Positions 29,150 to 39,176 are shown, numbered from the stretch's first letter. The stretch is DNA of 64,000 bases from Candidatus Multivoradales bacterium (GCA_965248925.1 CBDFLE010000006.1:4032001-4096000); one strand, 5' to 3'. Notes: generated from the sequence alone by a model not told the origin. Numbers and translations are program-made.

Positions 29150-31526
29150 CGCCCTTCTTCTTCGTCCCCTCGCCCTGACCCGCTTGACGCATCGGGTTGG
29201 GGGTCGAGTGTTCGTCTTCTTTGAACAGCTGGAAGCGACTCTTGACCACCCGGCGAGGGAAGTAGTTGTTTTCAATGTCGGTGTCGGCGGTCTCCCAATG
29301 GGGGTCGAGGACGATCGAACGGACGGCCTTGCGAGTCAGCAGGAGTTGGTCTACATGGTCGGCATGTCGGCGCCAGATCTCGGCCGGGATGCGCAGTTCT
29401 TGCTCGCTGCCGTCTTCGAAAGTGATCGCCAGGATCACCGGCATCACCAGGCCGCCGAGATTGTCGAGTTTGACGACGTAGACGTGATGTTCGGTGTCGA
29501 GCAAATTGCGTTCCCAGTCTTCAAGTTCCAGGCCGGCGAGCTGCTTCTTGAAGTGTTCGCGGTCCCAATCGCTGACTTCGAGCTCGTCCCAATCATTGTA
29601 GAAATCCTTCAGTCGTGGTTCGCGGTCGACACGTTTGGACAGGGGCTGGTTGCGCTCTCGGGACAGAGTCTGTGGTTCGGCCTCTCGCTCGGCCCGCAAC
29701 CGGCCTTTGTCGATCTCGGCATTGTAGGTCTCAAGGGTGTATTCGCGGACTTCGTTGATCGCCAGATCGACATGGTCGGTGGTGTAGAACCAGCCGCGCC
29801 AAAACCAATCGAGATCGATCCCCGAAGCATCCTCCATGGTGCGGAAGAGGTCCGCTGGCATCGGTCGTTTGAAGCGCCAGCGGCGGGCGTACTCCCTGAA
29901 CGCAAAGTCGAACAGTTCACGGCCAAGAACGGTCTCGCGCAGGATGTTGAGCGCTGTCGCCGGCTTGGCGTAGGCGTTGTTGCCGAATTGCAGCAGCGAT
30001 TCCGAGTTGGTCATGATCGGCACTTGGTTGTCGCTCGTCATGTACTCGACGATGTCTTTGGGTTCGCCGCGCCGCGACGGGTACTTCTCTTCCCACTCTT
30101 GCTCGGCGAGGTACTGCAAGAAGGTGTTGAGACCTTCGTCCATCCAGGTCCACTGGCGTTCGTCGGAGTTGACGATCATCGGAAAGTAATTGTGGCCGAC
30201 CTCGTGGATGATCACTGAGATCAGGCCGTACTTTGATCGCCGCCAGTATTTATCGCCTCGTTTCTTGTCCCAATAAGTTCCATCCTCGTAGGGGCGGGGT
30301 CCGTTGAAACAGATCATCGGATATTCCATGCCGCCCACCGGTCCGTTGACCGAGATCGCTACCGGATAGGGATAGGTGAAGGTGTAGCGCGAGTAGACAT
30401 CCAGCGTGTGGATGATCGAGGCGGTGGAGAAGCGGCTCCACAATGGCTCGGCCTCGTTCGGATAGAGGGACATGGCCAGCACCCGCTGGTCGTCGACCTG
30501 GTGTCCCTGAGCATCCCAGATGAACTTGCGCGAGCTGGTGAAAGCGAAGTCGCGGACGTTCTCAGCGCGGTAGATCCAGGTTTTTTTGCCGCTTGCCGGG
30601 GTCCTCTCGTTGGCTTTGGCTTCCTCCGGCGTGACGATGAAAACCGGCTGGCTCGCTTGCCAAGCCCGCTTCAAGCGTTGACGCTGGACCTCGCTCAAGA
30701 CTTCTTCCGGGTTCTGCAGTTCGCCGGTGGCGGCGACGACGTGGTCCTCTGGCACGGTCAGGCGCACCAGGTAATCGCCGAGTTCGAGGGTGAACTCGCC
30801 GTTGCCGATGAACTGCTTGTGCTGCCAGCCGTTGACATCGGTGTAGGCGGCGACGCGCGGGAACCATTGGGCGATCTCGTAAAGATAGTTGCCGTCGTCG
30901 TCGAAGAACTCCCAACCGGAGCGACCACCGATATCGACCGCGTCGTTGATGGCAAAACTCCAGTCGACTTGGAAAGTGAGCTGCTGTCCAGGTTCGAGGG
31001 GGGTCGGCAAGTCGAGGCGCAGCATGGTCTTGACCACGGTGTAGTCGAGGGGCTGACCCGCGCCGTCGACCAGACGGTGGATCTCGACGCCGCCATCGAA
31101 CTTCTCCAGTGCCAGCAGCCGGCGCAGCTTCTTGTAAGCGAATTCGTCGAAATCTGGAATCTTGGCGACTAGCAGACCGGCGGCGTCGTCGGCGTAGAGG
31201 TTGGGGTCGAGCTGTAACCACAGGTAGCGTAGGGTATCTGGTGAGTGGTTGCTGTAGATCACGGTTTCCGAGCCGGTCAGCCGTTGCTCGACATCGTCCA
31301 GTTCGGCATCGATCACGTAGTCGGCGCGCTGTTGCCAGTATTGCGGCCCGGGCGCGCCGGAGGCGGTGCGGTAGACCGTGGGGCTCGGCAGAATCTCTTC
31401 GAGCTGGCGAAACTTGTCGTCTGAGGAATCCTGCGCCAGGAGGCTAGTGGCAGGGAGTGCCAGGTAGGCCATGAGGCAGAGGCAGGCGCGGCGAATTCTG
31501 GAGGTCGAAGGGGAGGCTGCGGTCAT
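29142..31526 (-). CDS. M1-family zinc metallopeptidase (secreted aminopeptidase)
   Basis: [31 protein letters not shown] (HExxH-18-E), NAYAKP; YRTASGAPGPQYWQQRADY. Confidence 0.93.
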   Translation of the reverse strand: MTAASPSTSRIRRACLCLMAYLALPATSLLAQDSSDDKFRQLEEILPSPTVYRTASGAPGPQYWQQRADYVIDAELDDVEQRLTGSETVIYSNHSPDTLRYLWLQLDPNLYADDAAGLLVAKIPDFDEFAYKKLRRLLALEKFDGGVEIHRLVDGAGQPLDYTVVKTMLRLDLPTPLEPGQQLTFQVDWSFAINDAVDIGGRSGWEFFDDDGNYLYEIAQWFPRVAAYTDVNGWQHKQFIGNGEFTLELGDYLVRLTVPEDHVVAATGELQNPEEVLSEVQRQRLKRAWQASQPVFIVTPEEAKANERTPASGKKTWIYRAENVRDFAFTSSRKFIWDAQGHQVDDQRVLAMSLYPNEAEPLWSRFSTASIIHTLDVYSRYTFTYPYPVAISVNGPVGGMEYPMICFNGPRPYEDGTYWDKKRGDKYWRRSKYGLISVIIHEVGHNYFPMIVNSDERQWTWMDEGLNTFLQYLAEQEWEEKYPSRRGEPKDIVEYMTSDNQVPIMTNSESLLQFGNNAYAKPATALNILRETVLGRELFDFAFREYARRWRFKRPMPADLFRTMEDASGIDLDWFWRGWFYTTDHVDLAINEVREYTLETYNAEIDKGRLRAEREAEPQTLSRERNQPLSKRVDREPRLKDFYNDWDELEVSDWDREHFKKQLAGLELEDWERNLLDTEHHVYVVKLDNLGGLVMPVILAITFEDGSEQELRIPAEIWRRHADHVDQLLLTRKAVRSIVLDPHWETADTDIENNYFPRRVVKSRFQLFKEDEHSTPNPMRQAGQGEGTKKKGDG

Positions 31527-31686
31527 CGGGGGTCCTCACAAGCGCTGGCGGTCCGTTGTCCATGGATCTTAGAGTGCGATGGGGGTCGAGAATCGTTGGC
31601 TGAGTTTAGCCCTTAGGCTGGTGCCGGCGAATTCCGCTTCGAGGATGCGTTGATTGGGTCCGTCCTCGTATCAGCTTCCCAGTAGT

Positions 31687-31806
31687 GAACGCGGTTGGAT
31701 GGATGGCGAGGCACTGATGCTGGAGAGTCTCACCGCCATCCGCCGCGCCGATGCCGACATGATCCTGACCTACTTCGCTCGCCGGGCGGCAGAGGTTCTG
31801 GGGTAG
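31687..31806 (+). repeat. 120-bp duplicate of hemB 3' end (28354-28473) including stop codon
   Basis: GAACGCGGTTGGATGGATGGCGAGGCACTGATG...GGTTCTGGGGTAG aligns ungapped to the hemB end with a handful of substitutions. Confidence 0.95.
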
Positions 31807-31828
31807 TTATCGACTTGCTGTAGATAGG

Positions 31829-32251
31829 CTATCGATCGAGGACTTCGATGTCATGGAGCGCCTCGGCGGGTGTCTTGGCGGGAATAGGTGAGCGACGGTA
31901 GTCCTTCAGGTTGCGGGTTGTGATTAGGGTCGCGCCGCAGGCTCTCGCTGCTGCCACTTGCAGAGCGTCTTCGAAATCTCTCATATCCAGGCTGCTGGCA
32001 TAGACTAGGCTGCCGGTCGTCGTCGGGGCGATATCGACGAAGCGGGTCAGGTCGAGGAGAAAGTCTCGGGTCATCGCCTGGCCGCGCTTGGCTTGGACCA
32101 GGTAGTAGAAGTTCGATACCGAGTGCCAGGCGATAAAGGCCATTCCCGGCCTTTGCTGGAGTCCATCGAGAAGCTGGGCTGCCGCACCGGCGAAGGGCTC
32201 GCGGTCCAGGGCCAGGTCGATCAGCACGTCGGTGTCGACCAGGATTTTCAC
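31829..32251 (-). CDS. PIN-domain (VapC-like) toxin
   Basis: ILVDTDVLID, DFEDALQ, ITTRNLKDY. Confidence 0.9.
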   Translation of the reverse strand: MKILVDTDVLIDLALDREPFAGAAAQLLDGLQQRPGMAFIAWHSVSNFYYLVQAKRGQAMTRDFLLDLTRFVDIAPTTTGSLVYASSLDMRDFEDALQVAAARACGATLITTRNLKDYRRSPIPAKTPAEALHDIEVLDR

Positions 32252-32481
32252 AGAAAACGCTCACTGAGTTTCTCGAATCGCGGACTTGTTGGATCCTGGT
32301 TGGCTGAGCTGACCTCGAACCTGCCGCGCCATTTGGACGAAAAAGACCCACGCTCGAGCAGATCGAGTGCGCGCAACGCGCTCTCGATCAGCGATGACAA
32401 CGAGACTCCACGCGCTCTGGCATATTGCTTGGCCCTGGGAATCAGCTCCTGATCGATGGTCACGGTCAGCTTGGTCTTCAT
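32248..32481 (-). CDS. DUF6364-like RHH antitoxin
   Basis: MKTKLTVTIDQELIPRAKQYARARGVSLSSLIE; overlaps toxin start; two GTATACGT repeats upstream (32491, 32512). Confidence 0.85.
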   Translation of the reverse strand: MKTKLTVTIDQELIPRAKQYARARGVSLSSLIESALRALDLLERGSFSSKWRGRFEVSSANQDPTSPRFEKLSERFL

Positions 32482-32611
32482 CGGTTCTCCGTATACGTCA
32501 TTCAGTGTAGAGTATACGTGGTCTACCCTGCTTCAGGTTGTGAATCTGTAGTTGAGTTTCGCTGTCTACCGCTAGCGCCGATGTGAGCCTCTTGAGGGTT
32601 TGATCTTGCCT

Positions 32612-33362
32612 TGAGCAAGCGGCTCAGAACGCCAACTCGTGAGTCGGATTCTCTACGGTGAAAGTCAGTGTGCGGTGGTCATCATCCCTGTCCAGTACGA
32701 CGGTGTTGATCTGCTGCTTGGAGAGGGTGAAGAATAGTCGATTCGACAACGCGCAGTAACCGCGAAAGGCCGGTACGGGAAACTCAATGTAGAGCCAAAT
32801 TTGGGCGCTGCAAAAAGGTGTTGAGCCCTTCGTCCGTCCAGGTCCACTGCCGTTCGTCGGAGTTGACGATCATCGGAAAATAGTTGTGGCGACCTGGTGT
32901 CCCTGAGCATCCCAGATGAACTTGCGCGAGCTGGTGAAAGCGAAGTCGTGGCCGTTCTCAGCGCGGTAGATCCAGGTCAGTTTCCGAGCCGGTCAGCCGT
33001 TGCTCGACATCGTCCAGTTCGGCATCGATCACGTAGTCGGCGCGCTGTCGCCAGTATTGCGGCCCGGGCGCGCCGGAGGCGGTGCGGTAGACCGTGGGGC
33101 TCGGCAGAATCTCTTCGAGCTGGCGAAACTTGTCGTCTGAGGAATCCTGCGCCAGGAGGCTAGTGGCAGGGAGTGCCAGGTAGGCCATGAGGCAGAGGCA
33201 GGTGCGAAGAATCCTCGGGATCGAGTGGCAGGCTTTGGTCATTGGCGAGTCCTCACGAGCGCTGACGATCCGCTGTGGACGGATCGCTGAGGGCGGCAGT
33301 GGTTGAGATTCGAAGGCTGAGTTTTTATCCCTCTGCTGGTGTCGGCGAAATCCGGTTTGAGG
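32612..33362 (-). pseudogene. Collapsed second copy of the DUF6702 + M1 peptidase operon and its upstream region
   Basis: Collinear blocks match about 28643-28833, 30115-30202, 30494-30581 and 31264-31647. Confidence 0.92.
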
Positions 33363-33389
33363 AGGTAGGTGGTTGGTCTTGGTGTCGGA

Positions 33390-33911
33390 TCAATTTCCCA
33401 ACAGCTCTTCGAGCGCCGAGCGAGTCTTTGGCTGGAGCTGATTTTCGTCGAAATAGCAGGCGACGATGCTCAGCGCTTCTTCCGCCGAAGAAATGTTCAA
33501 GAAACGCAGTAGGTAGCGGACGTCATCCAGGTCATGGAATTCTTCACCGAGGCGCATGGCGGCACACTTCATCGCCAGCAAGTAGTGAGGTTCGGCGACG
33601 TAGACCCGTAGGTTGGCCAGCTCAAGGTAGAGAGCGAACTCGCCGCGCGGACTCAAGAACCCCTTGACGGCGTCATTCAGCCAGGTCACTGGTACTCCGT
33701 CTCGACTGGCGACGCGAGCAGCAGCGGTTCGAATCAGCTGGGTCGGTTTGAACAAAGCGTCGATATCGCGTGTTGCGTCTCGGGCGTTCAGTGCCAGGCA
33801 CATGACAGCACCTCCAACCAGATAGAGTTCGCCGATGGCCTCGACGGATGCTAACTCCTGGTCGAGGAGCTTGAGCAGTCTGCTGATGTCAGCTCTGGTC
33901 AGACTGCTCAT
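33390..33911 (-). CDS. DUF6036/AbiEii-like nucleotidyltransferase
   Basis: LYLVGGAVM...ATRDID, WLNDAVKGF, YLLAMK, DLDD. Confidence 0.8.
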   Translation of the reverse strand: MSSLTRADISRLLKLLDQELASVEAIGELYLVGGAVMCLALNARDATRDIDALFKPTQLIRTAAARVASRDGVPVTWLNDAVKGFLSPRGEFALYLELANLRVYVAEPHYLLAMKCAAMRLGEEFHDLDDVRYLLRFLNISSAEEALSIVACYFDENQLQPKTRSALEELLGN

Positions 33912-33915
33912 GCTG

Positions 33916-34410
33916 CTAGATGCGGTCGCCAACGGTCGAATCGACGAAGATGTTGCGGCGCCGGAATGGTACCGGCGCCGCGTGCAGCAGATGCGGCCGC
34001 AGGCTTGCCGAGGGAGTTGCGAAGTGGGGCTGTTCCAGGGGCTCGATATCTCGCGGCCAGGCTGGAGGAGCGGTGTTTTTCTGGTAGGCGGCCAGTTCGA
34101 CCATCGCCGCGATATAATTCCGCAGGTAGGGCGATAACTGGCCTGGCGGGGCCTCGGCGATCGCCTCTCCGAACTCCACCGGAGCCAAACTAGACAGCAG
34201 GTCGTTGAGTTCGGCGAGCACGAAGCGCGAATCGTCTTTTCCTTCTTCCAGAGCGCGCATCAGCTCAGCGAAACGGGCTCCTGCTTGGGGCAATACTCGA
34301 CTGAGGACATATTCCGACAGTCCTTGCCCAGCTTGCTTCGCCGACCGTCGGAGAGTTGCTTTCTGCTCCGAGGTCACGCGAATCTGCAAATACTCGGATT
34401 TTGCGGCCAT
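33916..34410 (-). CDS. RHH-containing partner (antitoxin-like) of the nucleotidyltransferase
   Basis: N-terminal YLQIRVTSEQKATLRRSAKQAGQGLSEYV (RHH); C-terminal PAW...PHF...P.PFRRRNIFVD; TTGACA-18-TACACT promoter just upstream. Confidence 0.65.
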   Translation of the reverse strand: MAAKSEYLQIRVTSEQKATLRRSAKQAGQGLSEYVLSRVLPQAGARFAELMRALEEGKDDSRFVLAELNDLLSSLAPVEFGEAIAEAPPGQLSPYLRNYIAAMVELAAYQKNTAPPAWPRDIEPLEQPHFATPSASLRPHLLHAAPVPFRRRNIFVDSTVGDRI

Positions 34411-34506
34411 GATCCAGTGAGTGTAGGCGCCATTTCCTTGCGATGTCAATACGTATGTCATGACAACCGTGGAGTGACAACTCTTGAACCTGCCCGGGGG
34501 CGCTGC

Positions 34507-35847
34507 TCAGGGCGAGTCGCCAACGCTGGCCCAATACCCACCTCGTGAATGGTCGAAGACCGCTTCCCGGCCGCTGACCGTGGGATCGACTTGGCCGTTG
34601 CGGAAGACCTCCTGACCGAGTACCCAGGTGCGGACCGGCCAGCCCGTGAGGGTGCTGCCGTGCCAGGGGCTCCAGCGGCTCTTGGTGAGTTGATCGTGAT
34701 CCAGAATGGTGGCTTCTTTGGCCAGGTCGACGAGCACCAGATCGGCGTCGTAGCCTTCCTCGATGCGCCCCTTGCCGACCAAGTCCCAGACCCTCGCTGG
34801 AGCGTCGCACATCCAGGCGACGACCTGTTGCAGGGTGATGTTGTCGCGGTGGACTTGGTCGAGCATCAAGGCCAGAGAATTCTCGACTGCTGGCAAACCG
34901 GAAGGCGATTGGGGGTAAGGCTGAGCCTTTTCTTCCAGGGTATGCGGAGCGTGGTCGGTGGCGACGACCTGCAAGCGGCCAGCAGATAGCGCTCGCCACA
35001 GCTCTTGGCGGTCGGTGGCTGTCTTGATCGAGGGATTCATCTGCACGCGGCTGCCGAGGCGCGGGTAGTCGCCGAGGTCGAAGAATAGGTGGTGCAGGCA
35101 GGCTTCGCCGGTGATCAGCTGGCGGTGGTCGGCCAACAGGTGGGCTTCGGCAGCGGTCGAAACGTGCAGTACATGGAAGCGGTGGTGGTGGCGAAAAGCC
35201 AGGTCGAGAGCCCGGCGGGTGGCGATGATGGCAGCGCGATGATCGCGGATCCGCGAATGGTCGGCGAGCACCAGATCGTCGCCAAGGGCCTGGCGATTGC
35301 CACGAACGGTGGCTTCGTCCTCGCAGTGGGCGGTGATCGGCAGCCGGGTCTCGGCGAAGATCCGCTCCAGCGCGTCCTGGTTGTCGACCAGTAAATCACC
35401 GGTCGAAGAGCCGATGAAGATCTTGATCCCGGGAGTTCGCTCAGCGGCTTTCAGCTCGGCGAGATTGCCGGGAGTGGCGCCAATGTAGAAGCCGAAGTTC
35501 ACCCGGCTCTTGCTCGCCGCTAGCTCCAGCTTGCGATGTAGCAACCCGACGGTGGTGGTGGCCGGCTGGGTGTTGGGCATCTCTAGGAAAGTGGTGACAC
35601 CACCTTTGGCGCAAGCGCTGCTGCCGCTGCGGAGATCTTCTTTGTGAGTTAAGCCGGGCTCGCGGAAGTGAACTTGGTCGTCGATGACCCCCGGCAGCAG
35701 ATGCAGGCCGGTGGCTTCGACCACTTGCTCGTACCGGCCTCCGGCCGGCGCGCCGAGGTGCACGATACGGCCGCCATCGAGGGCGATATCGGTGAGGATG
35801 GTCTCGCCGGGCAACACACAGGTGGCACCGCGAATCAAAGTAGACAT
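34507..35847 (-). CDS. pyrC: Dihydroorotase (multifunctional complex type)
   Basis: [47 protein letters not shown]. Confidence 0.9.
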   Translation of the reverse strand: MSTLIRGATCVLPGETILTDIALDGGRIVHLGAPAGGRYEQVVEATGLHLLPGVIDDQVHFREPGLTHKEDLRSGSSACAKGGVTTFLEMPNTQPATTTVGLLHRKLELAASKSRVNFGFYIGATPGNLAELKAAERTPGIKIFIGSSTGDLLVDNQDALERIFAETRLPITAHCEDEATVRGNRQALGDDLVLADHSRIRDHRAAIIATRRALDLAFRHHHRFHVLHVSTAAEAHLLADHRQLITGEACLHHLFFDLGDYPRLGSRVQMNPSIKTATDRQELWRALSAGRLQVVATDHAPHTLEEKAQPYPQSPSGLPAVENSLALMLDQVHRDNITLQQVVAWMCDAPARVWDLVGKGRIEEGYDADLVLVDLAKEATILDHDQLTKSRWSPWHGSTLTGWPVRTWVLGQEVFRNGQVDPTVSGREAVFDHSRGGYWASVGDSP

Positions 35848-36021
35848 GGATACAGGCTCCTTTACCGCAAGACTAGCGGAATGTGCCTTGGCGGGTGCAT
35901 TTTGGGGTGTTCCGAACCCTCTACTCTGGCCAGATGGGTTGCGATGTGGCAGTCTTCACCGGAGTTTTTCGAAGGTTGCCGAGCGCCCACAGGTCCGTCG
36001 CCGTGCTCGAGTGAAATAACG

Positions 36022-37374
36022 ATGTCAAGTCAGCACCGAGCCGAAAGCTGGATGCAGAGTCTGCGCAGCGGGAAACACCGGGTCTTCGTCCTGGTCTGGC
36101 TGGGGCAATGGGTCTCGGTGATGGGTTCGTCGATGACCACCTTCGCTCTCGGGGTGTGGATCTTGCAGCACACCGGCTCGGTGACGCAGTTTGGGTTGGC
36201 CTACTTGCTCACTCAATTGCCCGGCATCTTGATCTCCCCGCTGGCGGGTGCTCTCACCGATCGTTGGGATCGACGCTGGGTGATGGTGCTGAGCGATTCG
36301 GTCGCGGCTCTGGCCACTCTGGCGATGGTGCTATTGCTCTATTTTGATCGTCTACAGACCTGGCATATCTACCCGGCGATGGCGATGAACTCCATAGCGG
36401 CGGCATTCCAATGGCCGGCCTACAGCGCTGCGACGACTCTGATGGTGCCCAAGAACTCGCTCAGCCGGGCCAGTGGCATGGTGCAGATGGCGCAGTCGGC
36501 AGCGCGCATCGTCTCTCCCTTTCTCGCTGGCCTGCTGCTCTCCAGGATTCGTATCGAAGGAGTGCTGCTGATCGATGTAGTGTCGTTCTGCTTCGCGCTG
36601 CTGGTGTTGTTGACGGTGCGTTTTCCGCGGCCGCCGAAGCTGCCGGAGCTAGTTCAGCGGCAGAGCTTGTGGCGCGACGCAGTCCGTGGTTGGACCTACA
36701 TCCGGCAACGGGGTGGGTTGCTCGCGCTGGTGATCTTCTTCGGTCTAGTTAATTTTTCGATTGGTTTTGCGCAGGTGCTGGTGACGCCGATGGTGCTCAG
36801 TTTTGCCTCCGAGCAAGTCTTGGGGGCGGTGCTGTCGATCGGTGGAGTCGGCATGCTGCTCGGCAGCGTCGTGATGAGTGTCTGGGGAGGGCCGCGGCGG
36901 CGAATTCTCGGGGTGCTCGGATTTGCCCTGCTGCACGGCGTCAGCCACATCATGCTCGGCTTGTCACCGTCACCGACGCTGATCGCCATATCCCTCTTCC
37001 TGCTGTTCTTCGCCATGCCTTTTATCAACGGCTGTAGCCAGGCGATCTGGCAGACCAAGGTGCCACCCGCGTTGCAGGGCAGGGTGTTCGCCATCCGCCG
37101 GATGATCGCCTGGTCGACCCTGCCGGCGGCCTACTTGGTTTCGGGGCCAGTGGCGGACCACCTCTTCGAGCCGATGATGGCGGCGGATGGTCTGTTGGCG
37201 AATAGTGTCGGTATGGTGATCGGTGTCGGTCCGGGACGTGGCATGGGTTTATTGTTCGTCCTGCTGGGCTTTGCTAGCCTGTTGATCGCGTTGATCTCTT
37301 TCGCCGTGCCCAAGATGCGCCGGGTGGAAGAGGATCTGCCGGACATGATCGATGAGGAACCCGAGCTCGCCTGA
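36022..37374 (+). CDS. MFS transporter, DHA3/macrolide-efflux-like
   Basis: WLGQWVS, GALTDRWDRRWVM, QGRVFA; about 12 TM segments. Confidence 0.88.
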   Translation: MSSQHRAESWMQSLRSGKHRVFVLVWLGQWVSVMGSSMTTFALGVWILQHTGSVTQFGLAYLLTQLPGILISPLAGALTDRWDRRWVMVLSDSVAALATLAMVLLLYFDRLQTWHIYPAMAMNSIAAAFQWPAYSAATTLMVPKNSLSRASGMVQMAQSAARIVSPFLAGLLLSRIRIEGVLLIDVVSFCFALLVLLTVRFPRPPKLPELVQRQSLWRDAVRGWTYIRQRGGLLALVIFFGLVNFSIGFAQVLVTPMVLSFASEQVLGAVLSIGGVGMLLGSVVMSVWGGPRRRILGVLGFALLHGVSHIMLGLSPSPTLIAISLFLLFFAMPFINGCSQAIWQTKVPPALQGRVFAIRRMIAWSTLPAAYLVSGPVADHLFEPMMAADGLLANSVGMVIGVGPGRGMGLLFVLLGFASLLIALISFAVPKMRRVEEDLPDMIDEEPELA

Positions 37375-37411
37375 GTGGCCACCGGGCCTGGAGGGAAAGA
37401 GGAAACTGGCG

Positions 37412-38341
37412 ATGCGAGTGAGCGATCTACGCCTGTTGGTTGCCTGCGACAGTTGCAAGACTCAACTCGACGCCAGTGGCCTGGCCGGCGGCAGTCGATT
37501 TCATTGCGGTTGCGGCGAGTTGGTGGAGGTGCCGACAGTCACCCCACATGACGCCGCGGTGGTGCGCTGTGCGTCCTGTGGTGCGCCGCGCCAAGCCGGG
37601 AGTGCTGCTTGCGGCCATTGCAGCTCGGATTTCACTCTGCACGAGCAAGATCTTCACACCATCTGTCCGGAGTGTTGGACGCGGATCGGAGACCGGTCGT
37701 CTTTCTGCCATTCTTGCGGACTGATCATCGCTCCCCAAGGCGAAGTTGGCGAAGCCAGCGAGCACCGCTGTCCAGCTTGCGTTGGCGAGCGCCAGCTGAC
37801 CCGGCGTGAGCTGGGCGGTATCGGGGTGCTCGAATGCCCGGGCTGTGCTGGCCTGTGGCTCGCCAGCAAGACCTTTCATCGTCTCGAAGAACGAGCCAAG
37901 GGCCGAGCTTCGCCGTGGCAGCCAGGGCGGTTGTCAAGACAGCCTCAGTCGCCTCTCACTCCAGGATCGCCGGCCGCGGCGGCCTACCGGCCCTGTGTCG
38001 AGTGCGGCGCCTTGATGAACCGGCAGAACTATGCTCGCAGGAGTGGCGTGCTGATCGATGTCTGTGCGGCCCATGGGGTCTGGTTCGACACTGACGAACT
38101 GGAGCGTATCTTGGCCTGGATCAGAGCTGGTGGGCTGGAGCGTAGCCGTCAGTTGGAGGCTGAAGGACGCCGTCAAGCTGAGCGCATTCAACCGAGTCGT
38201 GGTGGGCTGGCCTCCGCCACCGCCGGCGAGGTGCTGTACGGCGGTGGGGTCCGTGGAGGGTCGGGGGGATGTAGCCATTGGGGCGGCCGCTTCTGGCTGG
38301 TGGATCTGCTCGATGGCCTGATCGAGATATTTTCTGAGTAA
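37412..38341 (+). CDS. Multi-zinc-ribbon protein (double zinc ribbon + zf-TFIIB-like)
   Basis: CDSC/CGC, CASC/CGHC, CPEC/CHSC, CPAC/CPGC-G-W, CVEC/C..HGVWFD..EL. Confidence 0.75.
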   Translation: MRVSDLRLLVACDSCKTQLDASGLAGGSRFHCGCGELVEVPTVTPHDAAVVRCASCGAPRQAGSAACGHCSSDFTLHEQDLHTICPECWTRIGDRSSFCHSCGLIIAPQGEVGEASEHRCPACVGERQLTRRELGGIGVLECPGCAGLWLASKTFHRLEERAKGRASPWQPGRLSRQPQSPLTPGSPAAAAYRPCVECGALMNRQNYARRSGVLIDVCAAHGVWFDTDELERILAWIRAGGLERSRQLEAEGRRQAERIQPSRGGLASATAGEVLYGGGVRGGSGGCSHWGGRFWLVDLLDGLIEIFSE

Positions 38342-38363
38342 GGCGCGGCTTGGTTGGCTCGGT

Positions 38364-39176
38364 TCAGTGGGCCTTGCTACGCATCTCAGTGGCTTTGACC
38401 TGGAACAGCTGGTGGTCCTCCAGCCGCAAGGCGGAGAGCTTGCCTCCCCAAGCCGCGCCGCTGTCGAGTGCGCTGATGCCGGGTGCCAGGTGAATCCCCT
38501 GGGCGGCCCAGTGGCCGCACAGCACCTCCACCTTTCGGCTCTGACGATCCTTGGCCTCGAACCATGGACGATGCCCCGCGGGGGCGTTCTTCGGCGGTCC
38601 GGAGTAGCTACTCGGCTGACCCGTGGCGTCGAGGGTGCGCAGCCGGGTCATGACTGCCAGCGCGGTACGTAGTTGTTGGGTTTCCGCGTCCAGCTTGCCT
38701 CGAGGGTGGTGGGAGAGTATCGCCTTAGCTGCCGGGCCGCGCAAACGCTGTTCGATAGCGCGGGCCAGCCTCTCCGCCTGCTTGGGCTTCCAGCTCGGCA
38801 GTAGGCCGGCATGGACTAGCAGGGTTTTCTTGCGTCGGTGGATCAGAGGTTGGGCGAGCAGCCAACGTACTAATCGTGGCCGGTCCTCGGCCGCCAACAG
38901 AGGGTCGAGAGTGTCTTTCCCCCGGCGCCGCGAATAGCCGAGGACCAGGGCGAGCAAGTGGAGATCGTGATTACCCAATACGGTGACGAAGCGCTTGCCC
39001 ATTTGCTGTTGGGTCGCTCGAGCCCAGCGCAGCGCTTGCAGCGACTCGGGACCGCGGTTGACCAGGTCGCCGGTCAGCCACAAGTGGTCTTGATCGTAGT
39101 TTGGCTGGATCTTGCGCAGCAGGCGCTTGAGGGTGTCGAAACAGCCGTGGATGTCGCCAATAACGTAGGTTGACAT
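38364..39176 (-). CDS. apaH: Symmetrical bis(5'-nucleosyl)-tetraphosphatase
   Basis: YVIGDIHGC, GDLVNRGPES, VLGNHDLHL, VHAGL, GHWAA, LDSG. Confidence 0.93.
   Translation of the reverse strand: MSTYVIGDIHGCFDTLKRLLRKIQPNYDQDHLWLTGDLVNRGPESLQALRWARATQQQMGKRFVTVLGNHDLHLLALVLGYSRRRGKDTLDPLLAAEDRPRLVRWLLAQPLIHRRKKTLLVHAGLLPSWKPKQAERLARAIEQRLRGPAAKAILSHHPRGKLDAETQQLRTALAVMTRLRTLDATGQPSSYSGPPKNAPAGHRPWFEAKDRQSRKVEVLCGHWAAQGIHLAPGISALDSGAAWGGKLSALRLEDHQLFQVKATEMRSKAH

Noticed and set aside
28354-31806. Classical integrative element bounded by attL/attR in hemB
   Set aside because: No integrase, and the duplication extends beyond the 120-bp repeat to the cargo genes themselves, so a plain prophage/ICE model does not fit.
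36022-37374. MFS exporter as marker of an NRPS/siderophore cluster
   Set aside because: No biosynthetic genes nearby.
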